Assembly: GCA_963824995.1 (NCBI GenBank)
Contig: CAWGRK010000006.1
Coordinates: 318,273-382,272 of the forward strand
Direction of reading: 5' to 3'
DNA: 64,000 nucleotides
Source: an uncultured Actinomycetes bacterium
GTDB taxonomy: Bacteria; Actinomycetota; Acidimicrobiia; Spongiisociales; DATADW01
Every line of letters starts with the position of its first letter. Position 1 is the first letter of the stretch. This document shows, piece by piece, positions 32,239-42,391 of this stretch. A program made the translations under genes and the position numbers. The notes beneath the pieces are model-generated. The model searched no databases. It saw only the letters and a list, made by a program, of their open reading frames with translations, and was not told the DNA's origin.

Positions 32239-33525
32239 ATGGAGTTGACCGTGTTGGCAGGGGAAGTGATCTCGGAGCTGTGGCCACCACCGCCACCCGT
32301 CGCTCCTCCCTGCAGGCCTCGAGGAGATGGCACCCGGTCCCGAGCTTGCCCGGGTATTGGCCGGGATCGACCTCGACTCCCTCCCCGGTTTCGACCTGGT
32401 GGTGGTGATGACCGCCCACGCCCGCCAGGTGTCCCATCAGCAGGCCGAGTTGTTGGATCTGGTGGCCCGGGTGGCCGACGCCTCGTTCTGAGGCGAGCGC
32501 CCTGGTCTCCGACGACGACGGCGAGTTCGCCGCCGACGAGATCCGGGCCGCTCTCTGTCTCACCCGGAGAGCGGCGGTGTCGCTGCTGCAACTGGCCCGG
32601 GACCTGGAGAGGCTCCCCGAGTCTGGCCGAGGCTCTCCGCTCGCGGGTCGATCGACCTCCCCCGGGCCCGGGTGGTGTCCACCGAGGTGGCCACCCTGGA
32701 CGACGAGGAGGCCCAAGCGGTGGTCTCTGTGGTGCTGGAGCGTGCTTCCTCGCAGACCACCGGCCAGTTGGCGGCGCGGGCGCGCCGCCTGGTGCTCGCG
32801 GTGGACCCCGGCGCAGCCAGGAGCGCTACGAGAAGGGGATGAGGGTCGCCGGGTGGAGCTCTCCGCCAACCCCGACGGCACCGCCAACCTCATCGCCTGG
32901 TGCTTGCCCCCCGAGCGGGCCAACGCCGCCTTCGGCCGCTTGGACTCCCTCGCCGGGGTGGCCAAGGGTGAGGACGACCCCCGCAGCATCGACCAGATAC
33001 GGTGCGACGTCCTCTTGGACCTGGTGGACGACGGCTCCGGCTCCACCAGGCGGGGTGTCATCGACCTCCGGGTCGACCTGGCCACCCTGACCCAGTTGTC
33101 GGAGGACCCGGGGGAGATCTCGGGCTACGGGCCGGTGGTGGCCGACATCGCCCGCCGGGTGGCCGCCACCCAGGTGGGGTCGGTGTGGCGGGTGGCGGTC
33201 ACCGACCCCGATGACGGTGCCGTCCTCTGGGACGGGACCACCAGGAGGAGACCCACCGCCGCCCAACGCAGATATGTCGAGGCGCTGGAATCCCACCTGT
33301 GTCTTCCCCGGGTGCCGCATGCCCGCCACCCGCTCCGACATCGACCACACCCGCGCCTTCGCAGAAGGGGGACCCACTCTGGTCGTCCAACCTGGCCCCG
33401 GCGTGCCGCCACGACCACCGGCTCAGAGAAGCCGGATGGAGAGTCAACACGCGGACCGATACGGAACCATCACCTGGACCAGTCCTCTCGGACATCAATA
33501 CACCACCGGGCCTGACCCACCGTGA
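32239..33525 (+). CDS. DUF222/HNH endonuclease-signature protein (REP13E12-like); many frameshifts
   Basis: AADEIRAAL, RSIDQIRCD, GYGPVVAD, RRPTAAQRRYV, CVFPGC...DIDH...NLAPACRHDH, WTSPLGHQY. Confidence 0.85.
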
Positions 33526-33552
33526 ACGCGAGGTGAGCGCGAGCCCGCGGGC

Positions 33553-34390
33553 TCAGGTGGCGCGATCAGCCTGTTTGGGTCTGGCGGGCTCGCTGCAGCA
33601 GCCGGGGGAGGTCGGGCTCGGTCGTGACGGCGCGGTTGATCGGTGCCATCCCCACCGCCATAGCCCGTGCCACCACCGGTTTGACCGAGTCACGGTGGAA
33701 CAGCTCGTACCGGTAGGAACGCTTCCTCCCACACGATCGTCGTCCCCACCGGTTCGTTCAGCACCCAGGCAGGGCGGTCCTCTAGACGGATCCGGACGCA
33801 GCTTTCGATCACTCTCTCGGTGAAGCGGCTGCACCCATCGTCGCCCTCGGCCAATGCGCCCGAAGGGAAGCGCCGCATGACGCTCGAGCACCCCGCTCTG
33901 GCCCACGGTTCGGCTCTGGCTGTAGGGAGGAATGGTCCACAGGCCGAACGCGGCGAGCAAGGGGTCGGCCATCTTGCCATCGCCGGTGAACACCAACTGG
34001 CTGGTGACATAGATCACGTCTTCGGGGAGCGCTGTGGGGAACTCGAGTCCCCTCAGAGACCCTGGCGATCTCGAACCGGCTCGCCTGGAGGTACTCCTCG
34101 CCGGCCTCCCGACGGTTCCAGACCCTGCGGAGCACCGCATTGACGTTGGCCTGCGCCGAGGGACTGCCATAACGGTCGTTGGCCCAGTCGGCGCGCGAGG
34201 TTGCGTGGATCGGAAGGTCACGACGAACAGTCCCTTGGACGGTGGTCGGTGCTCCGGCGTCCACCCAACTCTGGCTGCGGGCGCCGATCCCACGCAGCGG
34301 CGACTCACCACAAGATGTGAGCAGGACCACAGCAACCACGGCTGCGGTGGCGACCCTGATGACGGCGCCCCGGTTCAACGCACTCCTCAA
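33553..34390 (-). CDS. Hypothetical lipoprotein; frameshifted
   Basis: Lipobox VLLTSCG; downstream VTSQLVF...AAFGLWTIPPYSQSRTVGQ in a shifted frame. Confidence 0.55.
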
Positions 34391-34455
34391 CGGATCGCCT
34401 TCACGCTACCGACGACGCGGCCCCGCCCAAAGTTCCTCCGCTTACGCTGATGTCA

Positions 34456-35246
34456 TGCCGCGTATCGATGTCGTCCGCGCCGGGTTCCCCGAAATACCGG
34501 GCATGGACACCGCGCTGTCGCACGCCATCCTGCTCAGGGTGTCCGCCGGCGAGATGGGTGAGACGATTCGGTTGCACCGCCCGGGAGCGATTGTGGCATT
34601 CGGGCGGCGCGACGTGGTCGACCGGCGGTTCGGTGCTGCCGTGGCCGCAGCCAGAGCGGAGGGTTTCGAGGCGATCGAGCGGCTTGCCGGGGGCGCGCCG
34701 CCGTCTTCCACCCTGGCACGATCGCGTTCGCCTGGGCCTTCCCCGATGAGGCGCCGCAGGGAGCGGGTGCGCCGGCGGTTCGACACGGTGGCGGAAGTGA
34801 TATCGGATGCACTCCGGAGTCTCGGGGCCGACGCCCGGATCGGCGAGGTCCCCGGCGAGTACTGCCCGGGATCGCACAGCATCAACATCGGGGGTCGTCG
34901 CAAGATCGTGGGAGTCGGTCAGCGGCTCGTGGCCCGAGCCGCCCACGTCGGCGGTGTGGTGGTCGTGGAGGGAGCAGCGGAGGTGCGCCGGGTGCTCCTC
35001 CCGGTGTACCGCGAGCTCGGCATCGAATGGGACCCGGAGACGACGGGAGACTTGGCGTCGGCGCTGCCTGGCATCGACCTGGAGACCGTGGCAGATTCGA
35101 TCCTGACCCGGGTTGCCGAGGAGGCGGACCTGGTCGAGATCGAACCGGACTCGGCGACGATCGCGCTCGCCGAGCAACTGGCGCCCCGGCACGTGGTCGA
35201 CGGTCAGCCGATCCCGAGAGTCAGCGCCTCGTTGACCGCCGAGTAG
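34456..35246 (+). CDS. Lipoate-protein ligase A family protein; local compensating frameshifts
   Basis: VAFGRRD, ERLAGG, GEVPGEYCPG, RKIVGVGQR. Confidence 0.85.
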
Positions 35247-36212
35247 GAGTAGCCGGGAGTCGTCCCGCCGGAGAGGACGAACAGCGTGTCCTCCAACGAC
35301 GACGACAGCAAGCCCGTGGCGGGCGGTTGGAAGCGACGGGAGGCTGACCCATTCCTCGTCTCCGATGTCATACGCCTCCACCTCGTCGAAGGTGGCCTGT
35401 TCCTCGCCACCGACAGCGATGATCATGTCGCCGATCGCTGATGCGGCCAGGCCGCCCCGTGGTGTCGGGAGATCCGAGAGCCGCTCCCAGTCCATCTCCC
35501 CGGGGTCGAAGACCTCGAAGGCGGCCAGGTTCCCCAACCCGGTCGTCCGGCCTCCGACGGCGTAGACAGCAGCCGTCGGCGGTGGTGAAACCGAGGTGCT
35601 CGCGGGGAGTGATCAACCCGGCTACCTCCTCCCACTCGGTCCGTCTCGGGCTGCCAGACCGCCGTGGTCTCGATCAGATCCGTTGGAGCCCACCCCGCCG
35701 CCGACGACGAGGTTGCGCCGACCGCCGCCATCCCGCCCTGCCGCTCTCGGTTCGGGAAGCGGTGCCATCTCTTCCCACGCCCTCGACACCGGACAAGGCG
35801 AAGACCCGATCGGACGGGTTGGTCAGTCCCGGCCCGCGGAATCCGCCGGCCACGATCACGGTGCCCATCGACGACGGTGCCCATTGCATGGTTGAGCGCA
35901 ATTGGGAGCGGCGGGCCCTCCTCCCAGCGGTCCTCGCCGGGCAGATAGACCTCCACCAAAGGCACCGTCGCCCCGCCCTCGACGAAACCGCCCATCAGGA
36001 GGATGCGGTCGTCGAGAGCGGCGCCGGCGATCTCGGTGCGAGGGGTCGGAGCTTCGGCCAGCGTCCGCCATTCCAGTGCGACGCTGGTCGCGGGGGGTGA
36101 GGTCGACGATGTGACCGCCGCAACCGACGATGGCGTCGTCTGCTGGGCGGTGCACCCGACCGATGGCGAGCGAGGCGAAGAGCGCCGTGGCTGCTGCCGT
36201 GCGGAGAGCCAT
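35204..36212 (-). CDS. Secreted Kelch-repeat protein; frameshifted
   Basis: Repeated P.PR...a..d.i...GG...VE.Y....d.W...p.LP motifs; N-terminal signal-like MALRTAAATALFASLA. Confidence 0.8.
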
Positions 36213-36248
36213 GCGACGACAGTACCGGGCTCGATAGCCTCGCTTGTG

Positions 36249-37424
36249 ATGCGGCGGGTCCTGATCCTCAATGGTCCCAACCTCAACCTGCTCGGGTCGA
36301 GGCGCCCCGACGTGTACGGGTCTGCCACGCTCGCCGATCTGGAACGGCTGTGCGTCGCGTGGGGAACCCGGCTCGGGATCGAGGTCGAGACCTTCCAGTC
36401 CAACCACGAGGGCGCGCTGATCGACCGACTCCATGAGGCGAGGGGGGTGGTCGATGGTCTGGTGATCAACCCAGGAGCGCTGACCCACACCTCCTATTCG
36501 CTCGATGACACGCTCGAGGCAGTCGAGATCCCGGCCGTCGAGGTGCACATCTCCAACGTCGAGGATCGCGAGACGTGGCGACGCATCTCCCTGACAGGCC
36601 CCGCTTGCGTCCACCGCATCTATGGACGGGGGATCTACGGCTACAAGAACGCGTTGTCGCACCTCGTCGCCCGCGATGCCATGTCGTTCAGCACGATCCC
36701 GTATGGCGAGTCCGATGAACAGGTCGGCGATCTGAGGCTGCCCGAGGGCAGCGGTCCCCATCCGATGGCGGTGCTGCTCCATGGCGGGTTCTTCCTGGGG
36801 CAGTACACCCGCGACCTCATGGATAGTGCCGCGGTCGACCTGACCCGCCGCGGGATCGCGACATGGAATGTCGAGTACCGACGGCTCGATGGAGACGGTG
36901 GCTACCCGGCCACGCTGCGGGACGTGGCGGCGGCGACCGATTTCGAGTTGGACTCACCGCTCGACCTCGATCGGGTCGCCTACGTCGGCCACTCGGCGGG
37001 GGGGTACCTGGCGGTGTGGGCGGCGACCCGTGCCGGGCTTGGCAACGGCTGGGCCGAACCGAGGACGATGCCGGCGGTGGTGGCGACGCTGGCCGGGTTC
37101 GGCGATCCCGTCGAGGCAGCGGCGCTGGGCGGAGGCGCCGTCGGGCGGTTCTTGGAGGCATCCACTTCACCGGAGGACCTCACCGTGGCCAAGCCACTGC
37201 TTCGGCTGCCATGCGGTGCCAGGCACCTCGCCGCCACCGCCACGACCGACCCTGTCGTCCCCCCGGCCCACACCGCCCGCTACGTGGATGCGGCCGCCGC
37301 GGCGGGAGATCCGGTGGAGACCGCAGAGTACGACTGCAGCCACTTCGACCTGACCGACCCGGGAGGCGAGGCGTGGCCCGCCGTCGCCTCGCGGTTGGCC
37401 GCCCTGCTTCTCCGCCCCGCCTGA
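36249..37424 (+). CDS. aroQ: Type II 3-dehydroquinate dehydratase fused to an alpha/beta hydrolase
   Basis: LNGPNLNLLGSRRPDVYG, QSNHEG, NPGALTH, EVHISN; then LLHGGF, WNVEYRR, GHSAGG in the same frame. Confidence 0.88.
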   Translation: MRRVLILNGPNLNLLGSRRPDVYGSATLADLERLCVAWGTRLGIEVETFQSNHEGALIDRLHEARGVVDGLVINPGALTHTSYSLDDTLEAVEIPAVEVHISNVEDRETWRRISLTGPACVHRIYGRGIYGYKNALSHLVARDAMSFSTIPYGESDEQVGDLRLPEGSGPHPMAVLLHGGFFLGQYTRDLMDSAAVDLTRRGIATWNVEYRRLDGDGGYPATLRDVAAATDFELDSPLDLDRVAYVGHSAGGYLAVWAATRAGLGNGWAEPRTMPAVVATLAGFGDPVEAAALGGGAVGRFLEASTSPEDLTVAKPLLRLPCGARHLAATATTDPVVPPAHTARYVDAAAAAGDPVETAEYDCSHFDLTDPGGEAWPAVASRLAALLLRPA

Positions 37425-37544
37425 CGGCCAGAGGGGACACATTGCCAGGTGTCACCTGGAAGAACCTGGAGGGCATTTCCCTGGCGCAGTCGTTTGCAGA
37501 CCGGTAGTGTCGCCTGTCCGTCGCGGTTCGCTGGGCCGCGGTTC

Positions 37545-38306
37545 ATGAGGAGGCGGAGGGCTGATCCGGAGAACTCGCCTCGTCGCCTTTGCGGCGTGGC
37601 TTGGAGTCTCGTTGCTCACAATCGCCGGCTTCGCCGTGTTCTCGACGCGCTCGGACCCCCCCACGTCGTCGACCACCACGAGCGTGGCGGTGAAGGTGCC
37701 GTCCGGGCCGCGGCCGCGTCGCCGGCCGTCTCGCCGCGTCCGCCTTCTCTCCCGTGGTCATACCGCCGCGCACCACCACCACCGTGGCAACCGACCCAGG
37801 AATCCGCCGAGGCGGCAGCCGTCGAGACGACCGCACCGCCCGACACAGCACCTCCCGAATCCGAACCTCCCCCCACCACCGATCCGCCGACCACCACGAC
37901 CGACCCGCCGGCTACCACCCAACCGCCGGCGACGACCCAACCGCCCACCACCAGCGCCCCGACGACGACAACCGCACCCCCTGCCCCCGAGCCGCCGTCG
38001 TCCGCACCCCTCACCGAGACGCAGATGCGAGCCCTGGTCGAGGTCTACTTCTCTGCTGACGACGTAGAGAACGCGCTCCAGGTCTCGTATTGCGAGTCGT
38101 TGTGGGACCCCTCCGCCTACAACCCGGCTAGCGGGGCGTCGGGCCTGTTCCAGCATCTCCCCGGGGGGTGGGAGGAGCGGGCGGCTGGTGCCGGCTTCGC
38201 CGGGGCCGACCCGTTCGATGCCGAGGCAAATACAGCAGCCGCCGCCTGGTTGGTGTACCAGGGCGGCGGCTGGTGGCATTGGGACGGTCGCTGCTCCGTC
38301 GGTTGA
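37545..38306 (+). CDS. Secreted Pro/Thr-linker protein with C-terminal lytic transglycosylase (SLT/Rpf-like) domain; N-terminus frameshifted
   Basis: (PPTTQ/PPATT)n linker; CESLWDPSAYNPASGASGLFQ, NTAAAAWL. Confidence 0.75.
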   Translation: MRRRRADPENSPRRLCGVAWSLVAHNRRLRRVLDALGPPHVVDHHERGGEGAVRAAAASPAVSPRPPSLPWSYRRAPPPPWQPTQESAEAAAVETTAPPDTAPPESEPPPTTDPPTTTTDPPATTQPPATTQPPTTSAPTTTTAPPAPEPPSSAPLTETQMRALVEVYFSADDVENALQVSYCESLWDPSAYNPASGASGLFQHLPGGWEERAAGAGFAGADPFDAEANTAAAAWLVYQGGGWWHWDGRCSVG

Positions 38307-38310
38307 CGGA

Positions 38311-38535
38311 TTAGGTGTAGCGCCAGACGATGCGGCCCTTCGTCGGGTCGTAGACCGACACCTCGACGTCGACTTCGTCCCCCTCGATTATCCGAATCCC
38401 ACGACCTCGCCTCATTCGCCCCGCCGCTTTGGCTGTGACGATGAGACCCCCCTCGATGCGGACCCGGAACGTGGCATTGCGATCGACGCCTGCCACGGTC
38501 CCCCTCATTCGGACGTAGTGATCCTCTGAACTCAC
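38311..38535 (-). CDS. infA: Translation initiation factor IF-1 paralogue (in frame with the upstream RRM ORF)
   Basis: MRGTVAGVDRNATFRVRI...AGRMRR..IRIIEGDEVDVEVSVYDPTKGRIVWRY. Confidence 0.88.
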   Translation of the reverse strand: MSSEDHYVRMRGTVAGVDRNATFRVRIEGGLIVTAKAAGRMRRGRGIRIIEGDEVDVEVSVYDPTKGRIVWRYT

Positions 38536-38823
38536 CAGCGCGAGCGGCCGCTCGATCTGTCGTCGCGACGCGGGCCGCGGCTCTCCGCGTGGCCGTGCCT
38601 GGTTGACTGTGAGGCGGCGTCCATCGATGTCGGACCCGTCCAGCTCCTCGATCGCCCTACGGGCGTCCTCGTCGGCCATCTCGACGAACCCGAAACCGCG
38701 TGAGCGCCCGGTGTCGCGATCGGTCACAACTTGGGCCGATGCCACCTCGCCGAAGCGGGCGAACAACGTACTCAGGCTGGCCGAGTCGTAAGAAAAGGGC
38801 AGATTGCCCACGTACAGGTTCAT
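38536..38823 (-). CDS. RRM (RNP-1) RNA-binding protein; no stop before IF-1
   Basis: RNP2 LYVGNL, RNP1 RGFGFVEM, LTVNQAR; SD GAGGAG upstream. Confidence 0.92.
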
Positions 38824-39003
38824 GCTTGTTGTGCTCCTCGTGGAACGGCGGCCCCCGGTTTCTCCGGGAGCGGCGAGCTCCTTTGGCGTTCGACGAGCTC
38901 GCTCCTCGCCAGCCCCGAGGGGCAGTGATCGGAGCGCCGACCGTCGACGACGGATGTCGTCGGGATCAAGCTTAACCGTCTCCAGCAGTTTGGTGCCAGA
39001 GAC

Positions 39004-42000
39004 TCACCTGAAGTTCCGCGCTGCCACCCCCTCCACCGGGATCGGCCGGAAGGAGCGAGCCACCAGGTTGGTCACCCCGTCGCGGTACTCCACCATCCCC
39101 TCGATCACCAGCCCGGGATTGCGCCGGGCAACCTCGCGGTGCACCGTCCACACATCGGGCAAAACCACCACGTTGAGCAGCCCGGTCTCGTCCTCCAGGT
39201 TGAAGAAGATCACCCCTGCAGACGTCTCGGGGCGCTGGCGGTGGGTGACGATCCCGCCCACCGCAACCCGCGACCGCATCGAACGCAGGTCGAGCACTTC
39301 GGCCACGGTGAGACAGCCCATCTCTCGCAATGAGTCCCTTACGAATTGCACCGGATGGGACACCGAGACACCGGTGGACCAGAGGTCCGCTTGGTGGTGC
39401 TCCAACTCGCTCATCGCGGGGAGGCGTGGAGGGTCGATCCCGGCACCGAGCGGCAGCCTGCCCGGGCCGATCTCAGCCATCACACCTGCCGCCCACATAC
39501 CCTCCCGGGGGGAGAGCCCGATCGATTCCAACGCACCGGCAGCGGCCAGGCCCTCGAGGGCACTCACCGCCAACCCGGTCCGCTGTGCCAGGTCTTCGGG
39601 AGAGGTGAACTCGCCGCCGATCTGGCGGGCCGCCTCGATCCGGGTTATCTCATTCTCTCCCAGGTTGCGTACGTAGCGCAGCCCCAACCGCACAGCCACC
39701 GCCGGTCGCAGCGGGTCGTCCACCGGCCCCCTCCCCCGCCGCCACGCCGAGCCGGAGAAGGTCACCACGTCGTCGGGGTCGGCATCCCACGGCTCGATGG
39801 TGCAGTCGTGCCATGAGCGGTTGATGTCGGAATGGAGCACGACCACCCCGTGACGTCCGGCATCCTGCACCAGCGAATTGGGGCTGTAGAACCCCATCGG
39901 CTGGGCATTGAGCAGTCCTATGAGGAACTCGGCCGGCCAGTGGTAGCGGAGCCAGGCAGACATGTAGACGATGTAGGCGAAGCTCACCGAGTGACTCTCG
40001 GGGAAGCCGAAGCTGGCGAACCCCTGCAGCTTCTCCCAGATCTCGTCGGCGGCGGCACCGGCGATCCCGTTTGCAGCCATCCCCGAGTAGACCTCGCCGG
40101 CGAGCTTCGCCATCTCCCGGTCGGAGCGCTTGTGGGTCATCGCCTGACGGAGCCGATCGGACTGGCCTCCGTCGAACCCGGCGCAGACCCTGGCCAACTC
40201 CATCAATTGCTCCTGGAACACCGGGACCCCGAGGGTCTTCTTCAGGATCTTCTCGGTGAGCGGATGCGGATAGCGAACCGGCTCCTCCCCATTGCGACGG
40301 CGCAGGTAGGGATGGACCGATTGACCCTGAACTGGCCCCGGCCGGATCAAGGCGACCTCCACCGCCAGGTCGTAGAAGGTGCGCGGCTTCATCCGAGGAA
40401 GGGTTGCCATCTGAGCTCTCGACTCGACCTGGAACAGGCCGACGGTGTCGGCCCTGGTCATCATCTGGTACACCGCCGGCTCCTGGGGGATGGTTGACAG
40501 GTCGAGGGCAACCCCGTGCACGTCTTCGATGGCGTCGACGGTGAGGTGCAGTGCGTTGAGCATCCCGAGCCCGAGCAGGTCGAACTTGACGATGCCGATG
40601 GCTGCGCAGTCGTCCTTGTCCCACTGGAGCACGGTGCGCCCCTCCATCCGTCCCCACTCCAACGGGACCACTTGCCAGAGCGGACGGTCGGCGATGACCA
40701 TCCCCCCGGAGTGGATCCCGAGATGGCGAGGGAAGCCGTCGAGGCGGTGGCACACCTCGTATATGAGCTCGGCGGTGAGGCCCTCGGGTAGCGGCGCCTG
40801 GAGCCTCAACTGGGAGACATCACGGCTGTCCACGTACTTCGACAACCCGTCTACCTGGGCTTGGGTGAACCCGAAGGCCTTGCCGACGTCACGGAGCACC
40901 GATCTTGGCCGGTAGGTGATTACGTTGGCCACCATCGCCGCCCGCTCCCGCCCGTAGCGGCGATAGCAGTACTGGATCACCTCCTCGCGCCGGTCTGCCT
41001 CGAGGTCGAGATCGATGTCGGGTGGGCGCCCTCGCTCCTCGGAGAGGAACCTTTCGAAGGGGAGGCCGAGCCGGATGGGGTCCACCCGGGTGAGCCCGAG
41101 ACAGCGGCACACCGCCGAGTCGGCGCCAGACCCGCGTATCTGGCACATGATGTCCTGCCCGCGGGCGAACCCGACGATGTCCCACACCACGAGGAAGTAA
41201 CCGGCGAACCCCAGATTCTCGATGATGACCAGCTCGTGCTCCAGCCGTGACTCCGCAACCTGGTCGATCCCACCGGAGGAATCGGGGTAGACACCTCTGG
41301 CACCCTCCATGGTGAGATAACGAAGGAACTCCATCTCCGACTGGAAGTGACCTGGCATCGGGAAATCGGGGAGTTGCGGTGCAACGAGCCTCAGGTCGAA
41401 GGCCAGCGTCTCGGCCAACTCCACCGCACGGGGCACCGCACCGCGATGGCGGGCGAAGCGGCGCGCAATCTCACCGGCGGGCTTGAGGAAGCGTTCATCG
41501 GAGGCGGGGCGGAAACCGTCGTGAGCGGCGAGACTCCGCCGACCGCCGACGGCAGCCAGCACTTCGGACAGGTGGGCGTCGCTCCTGTCGTGGTAGTGGA
41601 CGTTGTTGGTGGCCACGATCGGGAGGCCCAATCGATTGGCTACCTCGCCCATCAGATCGTTGCGGGGATCATCCTCGGGCATGCCGTGGTGCCACAACTC
41701 GATGTGGAGCCGGGAACCGAATAGGTCGCGCAGCCGGGCGGCTGCTGCCGTCGCTCCATCGACATCATCCCGCTGCGCCGCGGCAGGCACCGCCCCACGG
41801 TGACACCCGGTGAGCGCAACCAGACGGCCGGTCGAAGCGGCTTCTGCCACGTCCTCCCACCCGTATACCGGGCGGTCCTTCTCACCGCGGAACTGCGCCC
41901 TGGTGACCAGCCTGGAGAGAGCGGCGTACCCCTCGGCGGACGGGGCGAGCAACACCAGATGTTCGGTCTCATCCGGCGCAGTCGGCTTGGCGCCATGCAT

Positions 42001-42357
42001 CCTCTTGGTCCGCCCTCGACGGCGCCCTTCGGGCGCCGAGTCGGAAGTCGGAAGACGGAAGTCCGAAGTCTCACGATCCCGCGCCTCGGCCTTGGCGATT
42101 GGATTGTCTTCCGTCCTCCGTCTTCCGTCTTCCGTCTGAGCGGGTAGCCCTACCTCCACCCCGTAGACAGCAGGAAGCCCGACACGACGGGCGGCCTCGG
42201 AGAAGCGGACCGCTCCGTAGAACCCGTCGTGATCGGTGATGGCCAGAGCGCGATAGCCGAGATCGGCGGCACGCTCCACCAGGTCATCGGGGTGCGAGGC
42301 ACCGTCGAGAAACGAGAAGTTGGAGTGGCAATGGAGTTCGGCGTACTCGTGTCGCAC
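39004..42357 (-). CDS. dnaE2: Error-prone DNA polymerase DnaE2
   Basis: YAELHCHSNFSFLDGAS, PDIDLD, FPRHLGIHSGG, FGFPESH, QRPETSAGV, C-terminal ARNFR; LexA box upstream. Confidence 0.97.
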   Translation of the reverse strand: MRHEYAELHCHSNFSFLDGASHPDDLVERAADLGYRALAITDHDGFYGAVRFSEAARRVGLPAVYGVEVGLPAQTEDGRRRTEDNPIAKAEARDRETSDFRLPTSDSAPEGRRRGRTKRMHGAKPTAPDETEHLVLLAPSAEGYAALSRLVTRAQFRGEKDRPVYGWEDVAEAASTGRLVALTGCHRGAVPAAAQRDDVDGATAAAARLRDLFGSRLHIELWHHGMPEDDPRNDLMGEVANRLGLPIVATNNVHYHDRSDAHLSEVLAAVGGRRSLAAHDGFRPASDERFLKPAGEIARRFARHRGAVPRAVELAETLAFDLRLVAPQLPDFPMPGHFQSEMEFLRYLTMEGARGVYPDSSGGIDQVAESRLEHELVIIENLGFAGYFLVVWDIVGFARGQDIMCQIRGSGADSAVCRCLGLTRVDPIRLGLPFERFLSEERGRPPDIDLDLEADRREEVIQYCYRRYGRERAAMVANVITYRPRSVLRDVGKAFGFTQAQVDGLSKYVDSRDVSQLRLQAPLPEGLTAELIYEVCHRLDGFPRHLGIHSGGMVIADRPLWQVVPLEWGRMEGRTVLQWDKDDCAAIGIVKFDLLGLGMLNALHLTVDAIEDVHGVALDLSTIPQEPAVYQMMTRADTVGLFQVESRAQMATLPRMKPRTFYDLAVEVALIRPGPVQGQSVHPYLRRRNGEEPVRYPHPLTEKILKKTLGVPVFQEQLMELARVCAGFDGGQSDRLRQAMTHKRSDREMAKLAGEVYSGMAANGIAGAAADEIWEKLQGFASFGFPESHSVSFAYIVYMSAWLRYHWPAEFLIGLLNAQPMGFYSPNSLVQDAGRHGVVVLHSDINRSWHDCTIEPWDADPDDVVTFSGSAWRRGRGPVDDPLRPAVAVRLGLRYVRNLGENEITRIEAARQIGGEFTSPEDLAQRTGLAVSALEGLAAAGALESIGLSPREGMWAAGVMAEIGPGRLPLGAGIDPPRLPAMSELEHHQADLWSTGVSVSHPVQFVRDSLREMGCLTVAEVLDLRSMRSRVAVGGIVTHRQRPETSAGVIFFNLEDETGLLNVVVLPDVWTVHREVARRNPGLVIEGMVEYRDGVTNLVARSFRPIPVEGVAARNFR
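42040..42137. repeat. Inverted pair of heptamer arrays inside dnaE2
   Basis: GTCGGAA GTCGGAA GACGGAA GTCCGAA GTC ... GTC TTCCGTC CTCCGTC TTCCGTC TTCCGTC. Confidence 0.8.
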
Positions 42358-42364
42358 CCAGTGG

Positions 42365-42386
42365 ATACTATCGAACGTATGTTCGG
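42365..42386 (-). promoter_or_regulatory. LexA box abutting the -10 element of a leaderless dnaE2 promoter
   Basis: Minus strand CCGAAC-ATAC-GTTCGA then TAGTAT, 7 nt, GTG start. Confidence 0.85.
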
Positions 42387-42391
42387 GGCGA

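Noticed and set aside
37425..37545. c-di-AMP (ydaO) riboswitch before the Rpf-like gene
   Set aside because: No recognisable ydaO conserved segments, and the region is short.
37855..37990. CCGCCGACCACC-type nucleotide repeats
   Set aside because: Simply encode the Pro/Thr linker of the secreted protein.
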